64,000 bases of DNA from Nitrospirales bacterium (GTDB taxonomy: Bacteria; Nitrospirota; Nitrospiria; Nitrospirales; UBA8639): contig OY729426.1 in the NCBI GenBank assembly GCA_963422365.1, positions 1,440,001 to 1,504,000 of the forward strand, read 5' to 3'. Position 1 is the stretch's first letter, and the number at the start of each line of letters is the position of its first letter. This document shows positions 50,887 to 60,098 of the stretch, in pieces. The notes beneath the pieces are model-generated. The model saw nothing but the letters and a program-made list of their open reading frames with translations. It had not been told where the DNA came from and did no database searches. Both the position numbers and the translations under genes were made by a program.

Positions 50887-51642
50887 GTGGAAGCAACCAA
50901 TTTAGAAAAAATCGTCGAACCAGGTCCGGCGGGATTTCATCCGCCATCTGCGGCTGAATTGGGTGTCCTTCCCCCACTATCGGAGCATGGACTGACGTTT
51001 GGCCATGAAGTTCCAGAAGAACAGGCTATGGAAGAAATGGCCAGAGCCATGTTGACGAGAAAGAATGCGACGATTTTCCCTGGTCCTTTAGTGTTATGGA
51101 ATTGGAATGACCATGCGGCTGAGAAGGCCAGAGCCGTCTTGGAACTCGCGGCTCAAGTCCCGGAAGTGCTCATTATCCCGATGCCCGATTATCGTCCCAA
51201 ATACCCGAAAATCGAGCCCGAGGAAGTGATCAACCCCAATCATCCCAATCTCACGATTTGGGGCAATAAAATCGAAGCGTGTATTTTCATCGGAGTGCAT
51301 TGTCATTACGCCAATCTGACGCTGAAAATGATTCGAGCCGGGACGAATTGCTGGACATCGGCTATTTGCGCGGAGCAAGGCCATGAAGATGCCATGTTTA
51401 CGGTTCGGGATTCTGATGCGGTCAAGATTCGAAAAGTTGCGCAGGTTTTCAAACGTGTTCGTGAGGAAATGGGGATTGCGTTGCCTGATAATGGCGAGAG
51501 TGTCCGTTTCACGGGGTTGCAGTCCCGCGTGCATGACGGCAAGACCCACACGAATCCATTAGCCATTGACCTGGGAGAAGAAGGGACGGCAAGCGCTGCT
51601 GCTTTTGGGCATACAGCCGAAGCTATGCAGCGTGAAGGATAG
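50887..51642 (+). CDS. Delta subunit of the five-subunit oxidoreductase
   Basis: PDYRPKYPKI...NPNHPNLTIW...FIGVHCHYAN; position in the operon. Confidence 0.82.
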   Translation: MEATNLEKIVEPGPAGFHPPSAAELGVLPPLSEHGLTFGHEVPEEQAMEEMARAMLTRKNATIFPGPLVLWNWNDHAAEKARAVLELAAQVPEVLIIPMPDYRPKYPKIEPEEVINPNHPNLTIWGNKIEACIFIGVHCHYANLTLKMIRAGTNCWTSAICAEQGHEDAMFTVRDSDAVKIRKVAQVFKRVREEMGIALPDNGESVRFTGLQSRVHDGKTHTNPLAIDLGEEGTASAAAFGHTAEAMQREG

Positions 51643-51714
51643 GCCTCTTATTTTTGATCGCACAACCCCAGAAAGTTTGGCATGGGATTGTCGTCACCCT
51701 AGAGGGGGTAAGCC

Positions 51715-53061
51715 ATGAGTGAAGCATTAGAAACGGAAGTCAAAACCAATCCGCAAGGCGACCCAATTACCAGTGCGGCTCCAGCACCTTCCAGTCAAGG
51801 CGGGAGAAAAGATCCTCATGAGGAGGCCAAACAGCAACAGGTGGTTTCCCCTGAGTATATGTTTTTTGAAGCGCCGCGGGAGCGAGAATTTATTACGGGC
51901 AGTGAAGCTGCAAAAGAAGCCGTTCGCCGATCCAATGTTGATCTCTCCATTGCCTATCCGATTACACCTCAAAGTGAAACCATGCAGCTGATTGGGGTAT
52001 TATATGGAGAAGGGTACGTCAAAGAATATTATCGGGGCGAGGAAGAATACGGTGTCATGTCGGCTATTGCAGGCGGGTCCCGTGCCGGCGTACGGTGTTT
52101 TACCGCCACGGCTGGACCAGGCACGCTGCGAGGGCTTGAACCGATTGCGTCATGGCCAGGGCATCGCCTTCCTGCCGTGGCCATGTTTACCTGCCGAGTG
52201 GTCAATGCTCCGTTAGCCATTCAACCTGACAATATTGAAGTGTCGTATTTGTTGAATTGCGGCATGATTGTCTTTCATGCTGAGAATCAGCAAGATTTGT
52301 TCGATTTCATTATGAAGGGTTTCATGATTAGTGAAAAGAATGATGTGACTCTTCCTGTCGGGGTTTGCTGCGATGGATTTTTCGTGACCCATGCGCGGGG
52401 CTATTGCTCCATGCAGGATCGAGGCTTCAAATTGCCGTCACGAGATTCCTGGAGAGGCGCGGTTCCCGTCTTGGATGCGGAAAATCCTCCGGCCAGATTG
52501 TCGCGAGACGCACCTGTCCAAAAATCAAATTTCATGGCGTACAACATCCATGCGGTGTGGCAACAGGAGGTGTGGGCGGCGGTGGAACGGTCACGAAAAT
52601 ACATCGAACAGTACATGGGGGGGTTGGTTCAGACGAAAGATGTTGATGGTGCCGATGTGCTTCTGATTGCGTCGGGAAGCGCTGCCGCACAGTCACGCGA
52701 AGCCATCCGTATATGCAAAGACAAAGGCATTCAGGCTGGGTTGATCAAAGTGCAGTCTCTTCGACCGTTCCCCACTCGAGAATTGCGGAAACTTTGCGCC
52801 AATGCCAAACTGATTGTGGTGCCGGAATTTAATTATGTCGGGTGGTTGGCCAAAGACGTGGCCACGGCCATTTATGGGTACTCGAAAGCCAAAATCGTGG
52901 CAGGGCCCCATGTGTATGGTGGAATGTCTATGCCGGTGGAAATGATTTTTGACGAAATCGAATGTGGGCTCACGGGGAAAAAGTCAGCGACGGTGCCTTC
53001 TTCCGCCGTGATGGGAGTTGTGGACCAAGAGGCCGTTGCTCACTTTATGAAAAATATTTAG
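51715..53061 (+). CDS. 2-oxoacid:ferredoxin oxidoreductase alpha subunit
   Basis: AYPITPQSE, TATAGPG, DGFFVTH and LRPFP. Confidence 0.92.
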   Translation: MSEALETEVKTNPQGDPITSAAPAPSSQGGRKDPHEEAKQQQVVSPEYMFFEAPREREFITGSEAAKEAVRRSNVDLSIAYPITPQSETMQLIGVLYGEGYVKEYYRGEEEYGVMSAIAGGSRAGVRCFTATAGPGTLRGLEPIASWPGHRLPAVAMFTCRVVNAPLAIQPDNIEVSYLLNCGMIVFHAENQQDLFDFIMKGFMISEKNDVTLPVGVCCDGFFVTHARGYCSMQDRGFKLPSRDSWRGAVPVLDAENPPARLSRDAPVQKSNFMAYNIHAVWQQEVWAAVERSRKYIEQYMGGLVQTKDVDGADVLLIASGSAAAQSREAIRICKDKGIQAGLIKVQSLRPFPTRELRKLCANAKLIVVPEFNYVGWLAKDVATAIYGYSKAKIVAGPHVYGGMSMPVEMIFDEIECGLTGKKSATVPSSAVMGVVDQEAVAHFMKNI

Positions 53062-53094
53062 AAAAGTTTGTAACCCTGTCTGTTGCGATTTCCG

Positions 53095-53134
53095 AAAAAA
53101 GCCTGCCTCAACGGCAATTGAGGGAGGCTTTTTT
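53095..53134 (+). terminator. Rho-independent terminator after the oxidoreductase operon
   Basis: AAAAAAGCCT.CCTCAA-loop-TTGAGG.AGGCTTTTTT hairpin with a T tract. Confidence 0.8.
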
Positions 53135-53160
53135 ATTGTACAGACGTATAACGGCCTGGG

Positions 53161-53940
53161 ATGAACATCGTAGTCACCAATGATGATGGCATCGAATCTT
53201 CCGGTATCCGCATCCTTGCGAAACATCTGAAAAAACTGGGCGATGTGTGGATCGTGGCTCCCGAGCGACCGCAAAACGCGATGGGGCGAGCCATTACCTT
53301 GCATAAACCCCTACGATTGAAGCGAAGCGGTCGGCAAGTCTTCTCAGTGAACGGAACGCCATCGGATTGTGTCATCTTAGCAGTGGGACAGGTATTCCGG
53401 GATCGTCAGATCCATTTGCTGGTGTCGGGAATCAACAAAGGGCTGAATCTTGGTGACGATGTGACCAATTCCGGAACCGTAGCCGCGGCGCTCGAAGGCG
53501 CGATCAGCGGCATTCCCTCGATGGCTGTATCACTGGATGGTCTGAAAAGATTTCGATTCGCAGCGGCGGCTCAGGTCGCGGTCGAGGTGGCGACACTGGT
53601 TCTGAAAGATGGCTTGCCGACCGACACCCTATTAAATATCAATGTGCCTGACGTTCCGGCTGAAGCCGTGACGGGGATGCAAGTCACGTCGTTAAGTCGG
53701 CGCCGTTATCGCAATGCCGTTATTGAAAATATCGATCCACGCGGAAGCGCGTATTATTGGATTGCCGGAGAACAGGTGACCTGGAATCGAAGAAAGAATT
53801 CAGACGTGGATGCCATTGCCGACAACAAGGTCTCCCTGACGCCGCTGCATTTTGATATGACGCAGTATCACGCCATGAGAAAATTGACGTCATGGGAATC
53901 TGTGCTGTCAACGCGAGTAAAGACGGGCAAGGCCTCCTGA
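53161..53940 (+). CDS. surE: 5'/3'-nucleotidase SurE
   Basis: VTNDDG, NGTPSDCV, SGINKGLNLG and SGTVAAA. Confidence 0.95.
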   Translation: MNIVVTNDDGIESSGIRILAKHLKKLGDVWIVAPERPQNAMGRAITLHKPLRLKRSGRQVFSVNGTPSDCVILAVGQVFRDRQIHLLVSGINKGLNLGDDVTNSGTVAAALEGAISGIPSMAVSLDGLKRFRFAAAAQVAVEVATLVLKDGLPTDTLLNINVPDVPAEAVTGMQVTSLSRRRYRNAVIENIDPRGSAYYWIAGEQVTWNRRKNSDVDAIADNKVSLTPLHFDMTQYHAMRKLTSWESVLSTRVKTGKAS

Positions 53941-53958
53941 GGAGTCGCGACGAGCCCC

Positions 53959-54567
53959 ATGTTCCAAGAACTCTATCAGTGGATGGTCTCCTGGTCTGAA
54001 TCCCCGTATGCGGAACCCGCGTTGTTTCTGTTGTCGTTTGCAGAATCCTCGGTCTTTCCGATTCCCCCTGATGTCTTATTGATGGCGTTAACCCTAGGGA
54101 ACCCGTCATGGGGCCTGTATTACGCAGCGATTACCACCGTCGGTTCCGTCTTGGGCGGCATGTTCGGCTATCTCATTGGGTGGTGGGGAGGAAGGCCGAT
54201 TCTGCTTCGGTTGATCGGGCAAGACCGTGTCTCCAAAGTCCATAACATGTTTGAGCGCTATGAGGGATGGGCGGTCTTGATTGCGGGTCTGACGCCTATT
54301 CCCTATAAAGTGTTTACAATCGGGGGTGGCGCGTTTTATGTTAATTTCCGAGTATTCGTCGTGGCGTCTCTGATCGGCCGAGGCGCTCGGTTTTTCCTGG
54401 TAGCCTGTATGTTGCAACTGTTGGGTCCGTGGGTCAAAGAGGGCATGGAGCAATACTTTAATCTGTTCTCCATCGTCTTGGTGGCGTTCATTGTTCTTGG
54501 CTATTGGATCGTAAAACGGCAAACGAAAAAAGCCCTGGAACATTCCGTTTCGTTTCCCTCTGAATGA
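53959..54567 (+). CDS. YqaA/DedA (VTT) family membrane protein
   Basis: SFAESSVFPIPPD, TPIPYKVF and GRGARF. Confidence 0.9.
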   Translation: MFQELYQWMVSWSESPYAEPALFLLSFAESSVFPIPPDVLLMALTLGNPSWGLYYAAITTVGSVLGGMFGYLIGWWGGRPILLRLIGQDRVSKVHNMFERYEGWAVLIAGLTPIPYKVFTIGGGAFYVNFRVFVVASLIGRGARFFLVACMLQLLGPWVKEGMEQYFNLFSIVLVAFIVLGYWIVKRQTKKALEHSVSFPSE

Positions 54568-54574
54568 ACGTTCC

Positions 54575-56035
54575 GTGAAGATTTTCAACACCTTGACGAA
54601 TCAAAAAGAACCGTTTATTCCCATCGCGCCCCCGCAGGTGGGGATCTACGTCTGTGGCGTCACCGTGTATGATGAATGTCATTTGGGTCATGCTCGAAGT
54701 GCAATCGTCTTTGATGTGCTTCGGCGTTATCTCATGTATCGAGGCTATGATGTGACCTATATCAAAAACTTCACCGATGTGGATGATAAAATCATCAATC
54801 GGGCAGCAGAGGAAGGTATGCCTTGGGACAAAGTTGTCGAGAAATATCTGCAGGCCTATGACCGTGACATGAAAAGATTAGGCGTTGGCATTCCGGATGT
54901 TGAACCTCGGGCCACGGAACACATGCCGGAGATTCTTCAGATGATCCGCACGATGATGGAAAAAGGGTTTGCCTATCAGGTCGATGGCGATGTCTATTAT
55001 CAGGTGTCGGCCTTTCCTGAGTATGGTCGTTTAAGTAACCGTCACGTCGAAGATATGCAAGCCGGGGCGAGAGTCGACGTGGATGAACGAAAACGAGATC
55101 CTCTGGACTTTGCGTTATGGAAAACGGCGAAACCAGGGGAGCCGGCCTGGGAGAGTCCCTGGGGACAAGGCCGGCCCGGTTGGCATATCGAGTGCTCGGC
55201 CATGTCTGTGCGCCATTTGGGCGCAACCTTTGATATTCATGGAGGCGGAAAAGATTTGACCTTTCCGCACCATGAAAATGAAATTGCGCAGTCCTGTGCC
55301 GTCACGGAACAAGCATGTGCTCGATATTGGGTGCATAACGGATTCGTCACCATTGATGAAGAAAAGATGTCAAAGTCGTTAGGGAATTTTTTTGCCGTGC
55401 GAGAGATTTTCGATCAGTCGAATTGTCCTGAACCCGTGACGGCCGAGGCGTTACGCTACTTTCTGCTCTCGACTCATTATCGTGGCGACGTGAATTTTTC
55501 TAACGTGGCCGTGGCAGAAGCCAAATCCGCATTGGATAACATGTATGACCTCTTCAGCCGTCTGTCCGAGAAGCCTTCTCCCGATTCCGAGCCCAAGGTT
55601 TCTTTGGGAAAGGCTTTGACCATGTTTCAAAAGGCGTTTGAAGACGCCATGGACGATGATCTGAATACACCCAAGGCGTTGGCAGAATGTCAGCAATTGC
55701 GAGCCGAGGCCAACCAAGTCCTGCAAGTGGGCCTGTCCGAGAAAGGCCGGCAGGAGATTCGCGAAATCTTTCGGCAATGTGGCGCGCCGTTAGGCTTGTT
55801 TCAACTCAACGAAAACGAGTGGGTGTTTCGCGAGTTGGATTTCGGCTTGGAGCAAGGCCGGACGCGCATTGATCAGGAGTGCACCGATGAGTGGATTCAA
55901 GAACAAATTCAACAGAGGGCCGAAGCGCGCGCGCGGAAAGACTTTGCCGCTGCCGACCACATTCGAGAAGCCTTGGCGGCCAGAGGGATTCTCCTCGAAG
56001 ATCGGCCGGACGGGGGTACCCGGTGGAAGCGGTAA
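54575..56035 (+). CDS. cysS: Cysteine--tRNA ligase
   Basis: YVCGVTVY, HLGH, DFALWK, GRPGWHIECS and KMSKS. Confidence 0.96.
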   Translation: MKIFNTLTNQKEPFIPIAPPQVGIYVCGVTVYDECHLGHARSAIVFDVLRRYLMYRGYDVTYIKNFTDVDDKIINRAAEEGMPWDKVVEKYLQAYDRDMKRLGVGIPDVEPRATEHMPEILQMIRTMMEKGFAYQVDGDVYYQVSAFPEYGRLSNRHVEDMQAGARVDVDERKRDPLDFALWKTAKPGEPAWESPWGQGRPGWHIECSAMSVRHLGATFDIHGGGKDLTFPHHENEIAQSCAVTEQACARYWVHNGFVTIDEEKMSKSLGNFFAVREIFDQSNCPEPVTAEALRYFLLSTHYRGDVNFSNVAVAEAKSALDNMYDLFSRLSEKPSPDSEPKVSLGKALTMFQKAFEDAMDDDLNTPKALAECQQLRAEANQVLQVGLSEKGRQEIREIFRQCGAPLGLFQLNENEWVFRELDFGLEQGRTRIDQECTDEWIQEQIQQRAEARARKDFAAADHIREALAARGILLEDRPDGGTRWKR

Positions 56036-56819
56036 GGCTGATGACTCCCTGTTTGGGATTCGTGCGGTCACAGAGGCGCTGCGATCTGAGTCGAGAAGTT
56101 TCGTAAAAATCTTCCTGTCGCACCGCCATCGTCAATTTTCCCAGATCATTCGTTTCGCCAAACTCCAAGGGATTCCCTTGCAGGTTCAACCGCGTGAACG
56201 ACTCGATCTGCTGGTCTCCTCCAGCCATCATCAGGGTGTGGTTGCCGTGGTGGCTGCTACATCCTATGCCTCAGAGGATGAGATCCTTGGGCATGCGGCC
56301 CAACAAGTGGAGTCAGGGTTTTTTCTTGCGCTCGACGGGGTGGAGGACCCTCAAAATTTCGGGGCGGTTCTCAGAACGGCTGTCACAGCCGGTATTCATG
56401 GGGTGTTTACTCCTGATCGTCGATCAGTAGGCTTAACGGCGAGTGTGGCCCGATCGTCTGCCGGTGCCGTCGAGTATGTGCGGGTGGCCCGGTGTCCTAA
56501 TATCGGCAAACTTATCGACCGCTTGCAGAAGCGTGCCGTGAACACCGTGGCCTTAGATTCTCACGCTCCCCAACTCTATACCGAGCTGGATTTCAAGGAG
56601 CCGATCTTGCTAGTGTTTGGGGGAGAGGGCAAGGGACTCAGATCGGGGATTTTAGAAAAGTGCCATGCGCAAGCCAGGATTCCCATGCGGGGGCCGGTGC
56701 ACTCGCTTAACATTTCGGCAAGTGTTGCCGTGGTGGCGTATGAAGTCGTTCGTCAACGGATGGAAGGAGCGAAAGCCTTACCGAATTTGAATCAGCCCTT
56801 CTTGAATAGCCGCATTTAA
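55887..56819 (+). CDS. rlmB: 23S rRNA (guanosine-2'-O)-methyltransferase RlmB (TrmH family); start uncertain
   Basis: HQGVVA, DPQNFGAVLR, GGEGKG and IPMRG..SLNIS. The conserved region begins near 56045 and the nearest in-frame ATG is 55887. Confidence 0.88.
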   Translation: MSGFKNKFNRGPKRARGKTLPLPTTFEKPWRPEGFSSKIGRTGVPGGSGKADDSLFGIRAVTEALRSESRSFVKIFLSHRHRQFSQIIRFAKLQGIPLQVQPRERLDLLVSSSHHQGVVAVVAATSYASEDEILGHAAQQVESGFFLALDGVEDPQNFGAVLRTAVTAGIHGVFTPDRRSVGLTASVARSSAGAVEYVRVARCPNIGKLIDRLQKRAVNTVALDSHAPQLYTELDFKEPILLVFGGEGKGLRSGILEKCHAQARIPMRGPVHSLNISASVAVVAYEVVRQRMEGAKALPNLNQPFLNSRI

Positions 56820-57041
56820 GAGTTGAGCGGCATTTGACACTCGCACCTTTTTCATCATATTGGCACGATGGGCCTCGACGGTTTTGACGCTGATCTCGAG
56901 ACGTTCGGCTATTTCTTTATTTTTGAGGCCGGACCAAATCAGTTGGAGAATTTCTTGTTCCCGTTCGGTTAGCGCTTCGGGGCGTTTCCGGCGCATGGGA
57001 AGCAGGTCTCTTTTTTTGATTGTTTTTGCTTGGACAGCCAT
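56778..57041 (-). CDS. Stand-alone LuxR-type HTH regulator
   Basis: LTEREQEIL...GLKNKEIAERLEISVKTVEAHRANMMKK; no receiver domain. Confidence 0.9.
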   Translation of the reverse strand: MAVQAKTIKKRDLLPMRRKRPEALTEREQEILQLIWSGLKNKEIAERLEISVKTVEAHRANMMKKVRVSNAAQLLNAAIQEGLIQIR

Positions 57042-57171
57042 CGATCCCAAAAATTTTTCTCAGGATAAACTATGTAGGTAATACTAGCAGTCTGTTTATT
57101 GAAAAGTAAAGTAGAGAAAAGATGTTGGCGGCACAAGAGACGGGAGTCTTTGTCGAGTCACGAGATATAGA

Positions 57172-57948
57172 ATGATGGATGTGCTGGGCCTCTATACTTT
57201 GTTGTTTGGGGTAGGATTGGTCATAGGGAGTTTCCTGAATGTCTGTATTCTAAGAGTTCCCCACGGTCAGTCCGTCATTTGGCCGGGCTCCCATTGCCCG
57301 CAATGTCAGACGCCCATTTGCTGGTTCGATAACATTCCCCTCTTGAATTTTGTATGGTTGAGATCTCGCTGTCGATGGTGTGGGGGCAAGATTTCATGGC
57401 GATATCCCCTGGTGGAATGTCTAAATGGAGTGGGCTATCTCGGGATCGTCTACAAATTCGGCTTGAACCAAAGCGCCCTCGTGTATGCGCTGTTTTTGTC
57501 CGCCCTCTTGGTTGTGATGATGATTGACCTCGATCATCTCATGATTCCGGATGTGATTTCTCTCTCCGGCATGATTATCGGATTTTTCGCGTCGGCATTC
57601 ATGCTTCCCTTGGGTTGGGTCGGGTCATTGCTTGGCATGGTGTTGGGAGGAGGGGTCCTTTGGATGCTCGCGATCCTCAGTCCGTATCTGTTTGGAAAGG
57701 AGGGACTGGGCGGTGGAGATATTAAACTCCTTGCGATGATCGGCGCTTTCCTTGGCTGGCAGCCTGTGTTCATGACCTTGTTCCTCGCTTCCCTTGCGGG
57801 GGCGGTGGTAGGTCTCGTCCTCATGGCCTTCCGTTACCTGGAGCGAGGTCAATACATCCCTTTTGGTCCGTTTTTGGTGTTGGGGGCAGTGGTGTCAATG
57901 TTTTTTTATCAGGACATGTTCGGCATGTATGAGTCCCTGTTTTTGTAA
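57172..57948 (+). CDS. pilD: Prepilin peptidase
   Basis: GSFLNVCI, CPQC, DNIP, CRWC, GGGDIKL and IPFGPFL. Confidence 0.93.
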   Translation: MMDVLGLYTLLFGVGLVIGSFLNVCILRVPHGQSVIWPGSHCPQCQTPICWFDNIPLLNFVWLRSRCRWCGGKISWRYPLVECLNGVGYLGIVYKFGLNQSALVYALFLSALLVVMMIDLDHLMIPDVISLSGMIIGFFASAFMLPLGWVGSLLGMVLGGGVLWMLAILSPYLFGKEGLGGGDIKLLAMIGAFLGWQPVFMTLFLASLAGAVVGLVLMAFRYLERGQYIPFGPFLVLGAVVSMFFYQDMFGMYESLFL

Positions 57949-57955
57949 GACGAAA

Positions 57956-58459
57956 ATGCGGAGCCCCTCATACCAGTTGATGGGCACACGGAATCTTGCG
58001 TGTCCGACGGATGGGCCATCAGGGTATACGCTGACGGAATTCGTGATAGTCCTTGGTGTTTTGGCTGTCGTGTTAGGGTTGAGCGGAATCTGGCTTTCTT
58101 TGCAACTGCCCCAGTATCGCTTGAATGGGGTGGTCCGACAAATACGCGCGGATCTCTTGGGATCGAGGGCACAAGCCGTAAGACAGGGCAATGAAGTCCG
58201 CATCTTTTTTGTGGACTCTCAGCATTACGATATTTTGGATGACGACAATAATAATGGACAAACCGATCCTGGTGAAACCATCGAGTCCAGGTCCATCCAA
58301 GAGGATTTTGGAGGAGTTGCGATTCAGTCCAACAATAATCCGATCTTCCATCCGAGGGGCACTGCCTCAAGTCTTGCCACGATCAGGGTTTCCAATACCG
58401 TGGGAGAAAAAGCGATCACGATCAGCATCACGGGTCGCGTGAAAGTCATAACCCCCTAG
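57956..58459 (+). CDS. FimT/GspH-like minor pilin
   Basis: G|YTLTE prepilin motif plus a hydrophobic helix; FHPRG...ITISITGRVK end. Confidence 0.85.
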   Translation: MRSPSYQLMGTRNLACPTDGPSGYTLTEFVIVLGVLAVVLGLSGIWLSLQLPQYRLNGVVRQIRADLLGSRAQAVRQGNEVRIFFVDSQHYDILDDDNNNGQTDPGETIESRSIQEDFGGVAIQSNNNPIFHPRGTASSLATIRVSNTVGEKAITISITGRVKVITP

Positions 58460-58475
58460 ACTCATTGTGGGCCTC

Positions 58476-58850
58476 ATGAACAACCATACGGGATTAACCC
58501 TTTTAGAGGCAGTCATTGCCATGGGGCTTTTCTTTTTAGCTGTATTGGCCCTTTCAGGATTAGCGGTCACGGCCAGTAAAGGCGCGGCAGCGAGTCAACA
58601 TCTCACCACTGCCACGATCTTAGCCCAGGATACACTGGAACAGGTGAGAAGCGCCGGCTACAACGCAGGTTTGACGGTTCCCATTGAAACCACGGAAGCC
58701 TATGCCACACTCCCTGACTTTCCTCTGTATAAACGTGTCGTCAGCATTCATCCCAGCCAGCCTGTTCCGGGTTTACAAACTGCGACGGTCACGGTGTGGT
58801 GGGCAGACGATCGACATTCCATGTCTGTCTCCACAATTCTTTCACCCTAG
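58476..58850 (+). CDS. PilV-like minor pilin
   Basis: G|LTLLE motif; ATILAQDTLEQVR; VTVWW. Confidence 0.82.
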   Translation: MNNHTGLTLLEAVIAMGLFFLAVLALSGLAVTASKGAAASQHLTTATILAQDTLEQVRSAGYNAGLTVPIETTEAYATLPDFPLYKRVVSIHPSQPVPGLQTATVTVWWADDRHSMSVSTILSP

Positions 58851-58856
58851 AAACCA

Positions 58857-59465
58857 ATGGATTCCGAGCTTGTGACGGATCAAAGAGGGGTAACCTTAAC
58901 GGAACTTCTGATAGCCTTGGCGCTGGGTCTGTTCACCGTTGGTGCAGTCTATAGCGTGCATCTTCATCAGGTGAAGCGTCAGATAGTTCAAGAGGATGTT
59001 TTGGCCATGCAACAAACCGCTCGTGCCGCATTAGACATGATGGCCAGGGAGATTCGCATGGCAGGGTATGATCCCATGGGGGTTAATTGGGATGTCGATC
59101 CCTCGAATGATTTTCATGGGATCGTCTACCACCCGACAGGTTTGCATATTCGAGCTGATTTGAATGGAAATGGTGTGCTCACTGATTCGAAAGAATCCAT
59201 TGTCTATCTGTATGATGACTCGACCGCCACGTTGCGACGCAAAGTCGGTGGCGGTGGTCGACAACCCGTGGCGGAGCATATCGAGTCCCTTACCTTTTCC
59301 TATCGTGATGCCCTGGGACAGCCAACGATACATGCGCCGAGTATTCGGGCCGTTGACGTGCAGGTGACGGCTAGGTCTGCACATGCCGACAGCCGATATC
59401 CTGAGAACGATGGGTATCGTACGGTGACTCTGCAGTCTCGTCTGACCCCTAGGAATTTGCAATGA
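58857..59465 (+). CDS. PilW-like minor pilin
   Basis: G|VTLTE motif; REIRMAGY; C-terminal PRN. Confidence 0.85.
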   Translation: MDSELVTDQRGVTLTELLIALALGLFTVGAVYSVHLHQVKRQIVQEDVLAMQQTARAALDMMAREIRMAGYDPMGVNWDVDPSNDFHGIVYHPTGLHIRADLNGNGVLTDSKESIVYLYDDSTATLRRKVGGGGRQPVAEHIESLTFSYRDALGQPTIHAPSIRAVDVQVTARSAHADSRYPENDGYRTVTLQSRLTPRNLQ

Positions 59466-59585
59466 AGGTTTCGCGTGTCGTCCATCCCTTGCCCCATAGG
59501 TGGGCGAGGCTAGGGTAGGGGTGTTTCTCATCATTTCCAACCTGTATTAACCCAAGCCTTGTTATTCGACGAAAGGAGTGAACCC

Positions 59586-59942
59586 ATGAGTGCACCTGGT
59601 CATGCCCATTCGATTACCATTGAGAAAAATCTCAATCGCGTTACGGTCGCCTTTCACGGAACCGTGATTGCCGATACTCAACAGGCATTGGTTCTAAAGG
59701 AAGGACTGCTTCCACCGGCCACGTACATTCCCCGTGAAGATGTGAACATGCCCTACCTTCAGCGGACTGATCACTCCACCCACTGCCCCTTTAAAGGCGA
59801 TGCGTCATATTTTTCCGTTTGTGTCGATGACAAAATAGCCGACAACGCCGTCTGGACCTATGAAGCCCCCATCGACTCCGTGGCGGCCATTACCAATTAC
59901 GTGAGTTTTTACAAAGAAAAGCTGGACGTGAGTGAAGAATGA
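59586..59942 (+). CDS. DUF427-family protein
   Basis: VIADT...YIPREDV...THCPFKGDASYF...AVWTYE. Confidence 0.9.
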   Translation: MSAPGHAHSITIEKNLNRVTVAFHGTVIADTQQALVLKEGLLPPATYIPREDVNMPYLQRTDHSTHCPFKGDASYFSVCVDDKIADNAVWTYEAPIDSVAAITNYVSFYKEKLDVSEE

Positions 59943-60027
59943 CTTGAGGCTTGATCAAACAAAGCGGGTATCGACGTGAATGTTGACGACAATCAGGTAG
60001 CAGCCCTCTTTCTGGAGAGCTCCTTCA

Positions 60028-60076
60028 CTTGTGAGAAAGGGACCCACAGGAAACCCACGGGGCTCTTTCTCACAAG
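60028..60076. terminator. 12-bp inverted repeat between the convergent DUF427 and icd genes (possible terminator)
   Basis: CTTGTGAGAAAG-N25-CTTTCTCACAAG. Confidence 0.45.
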
Positions 60077-60098
60077 CACGGTTCGTTCATGCGGCTTC

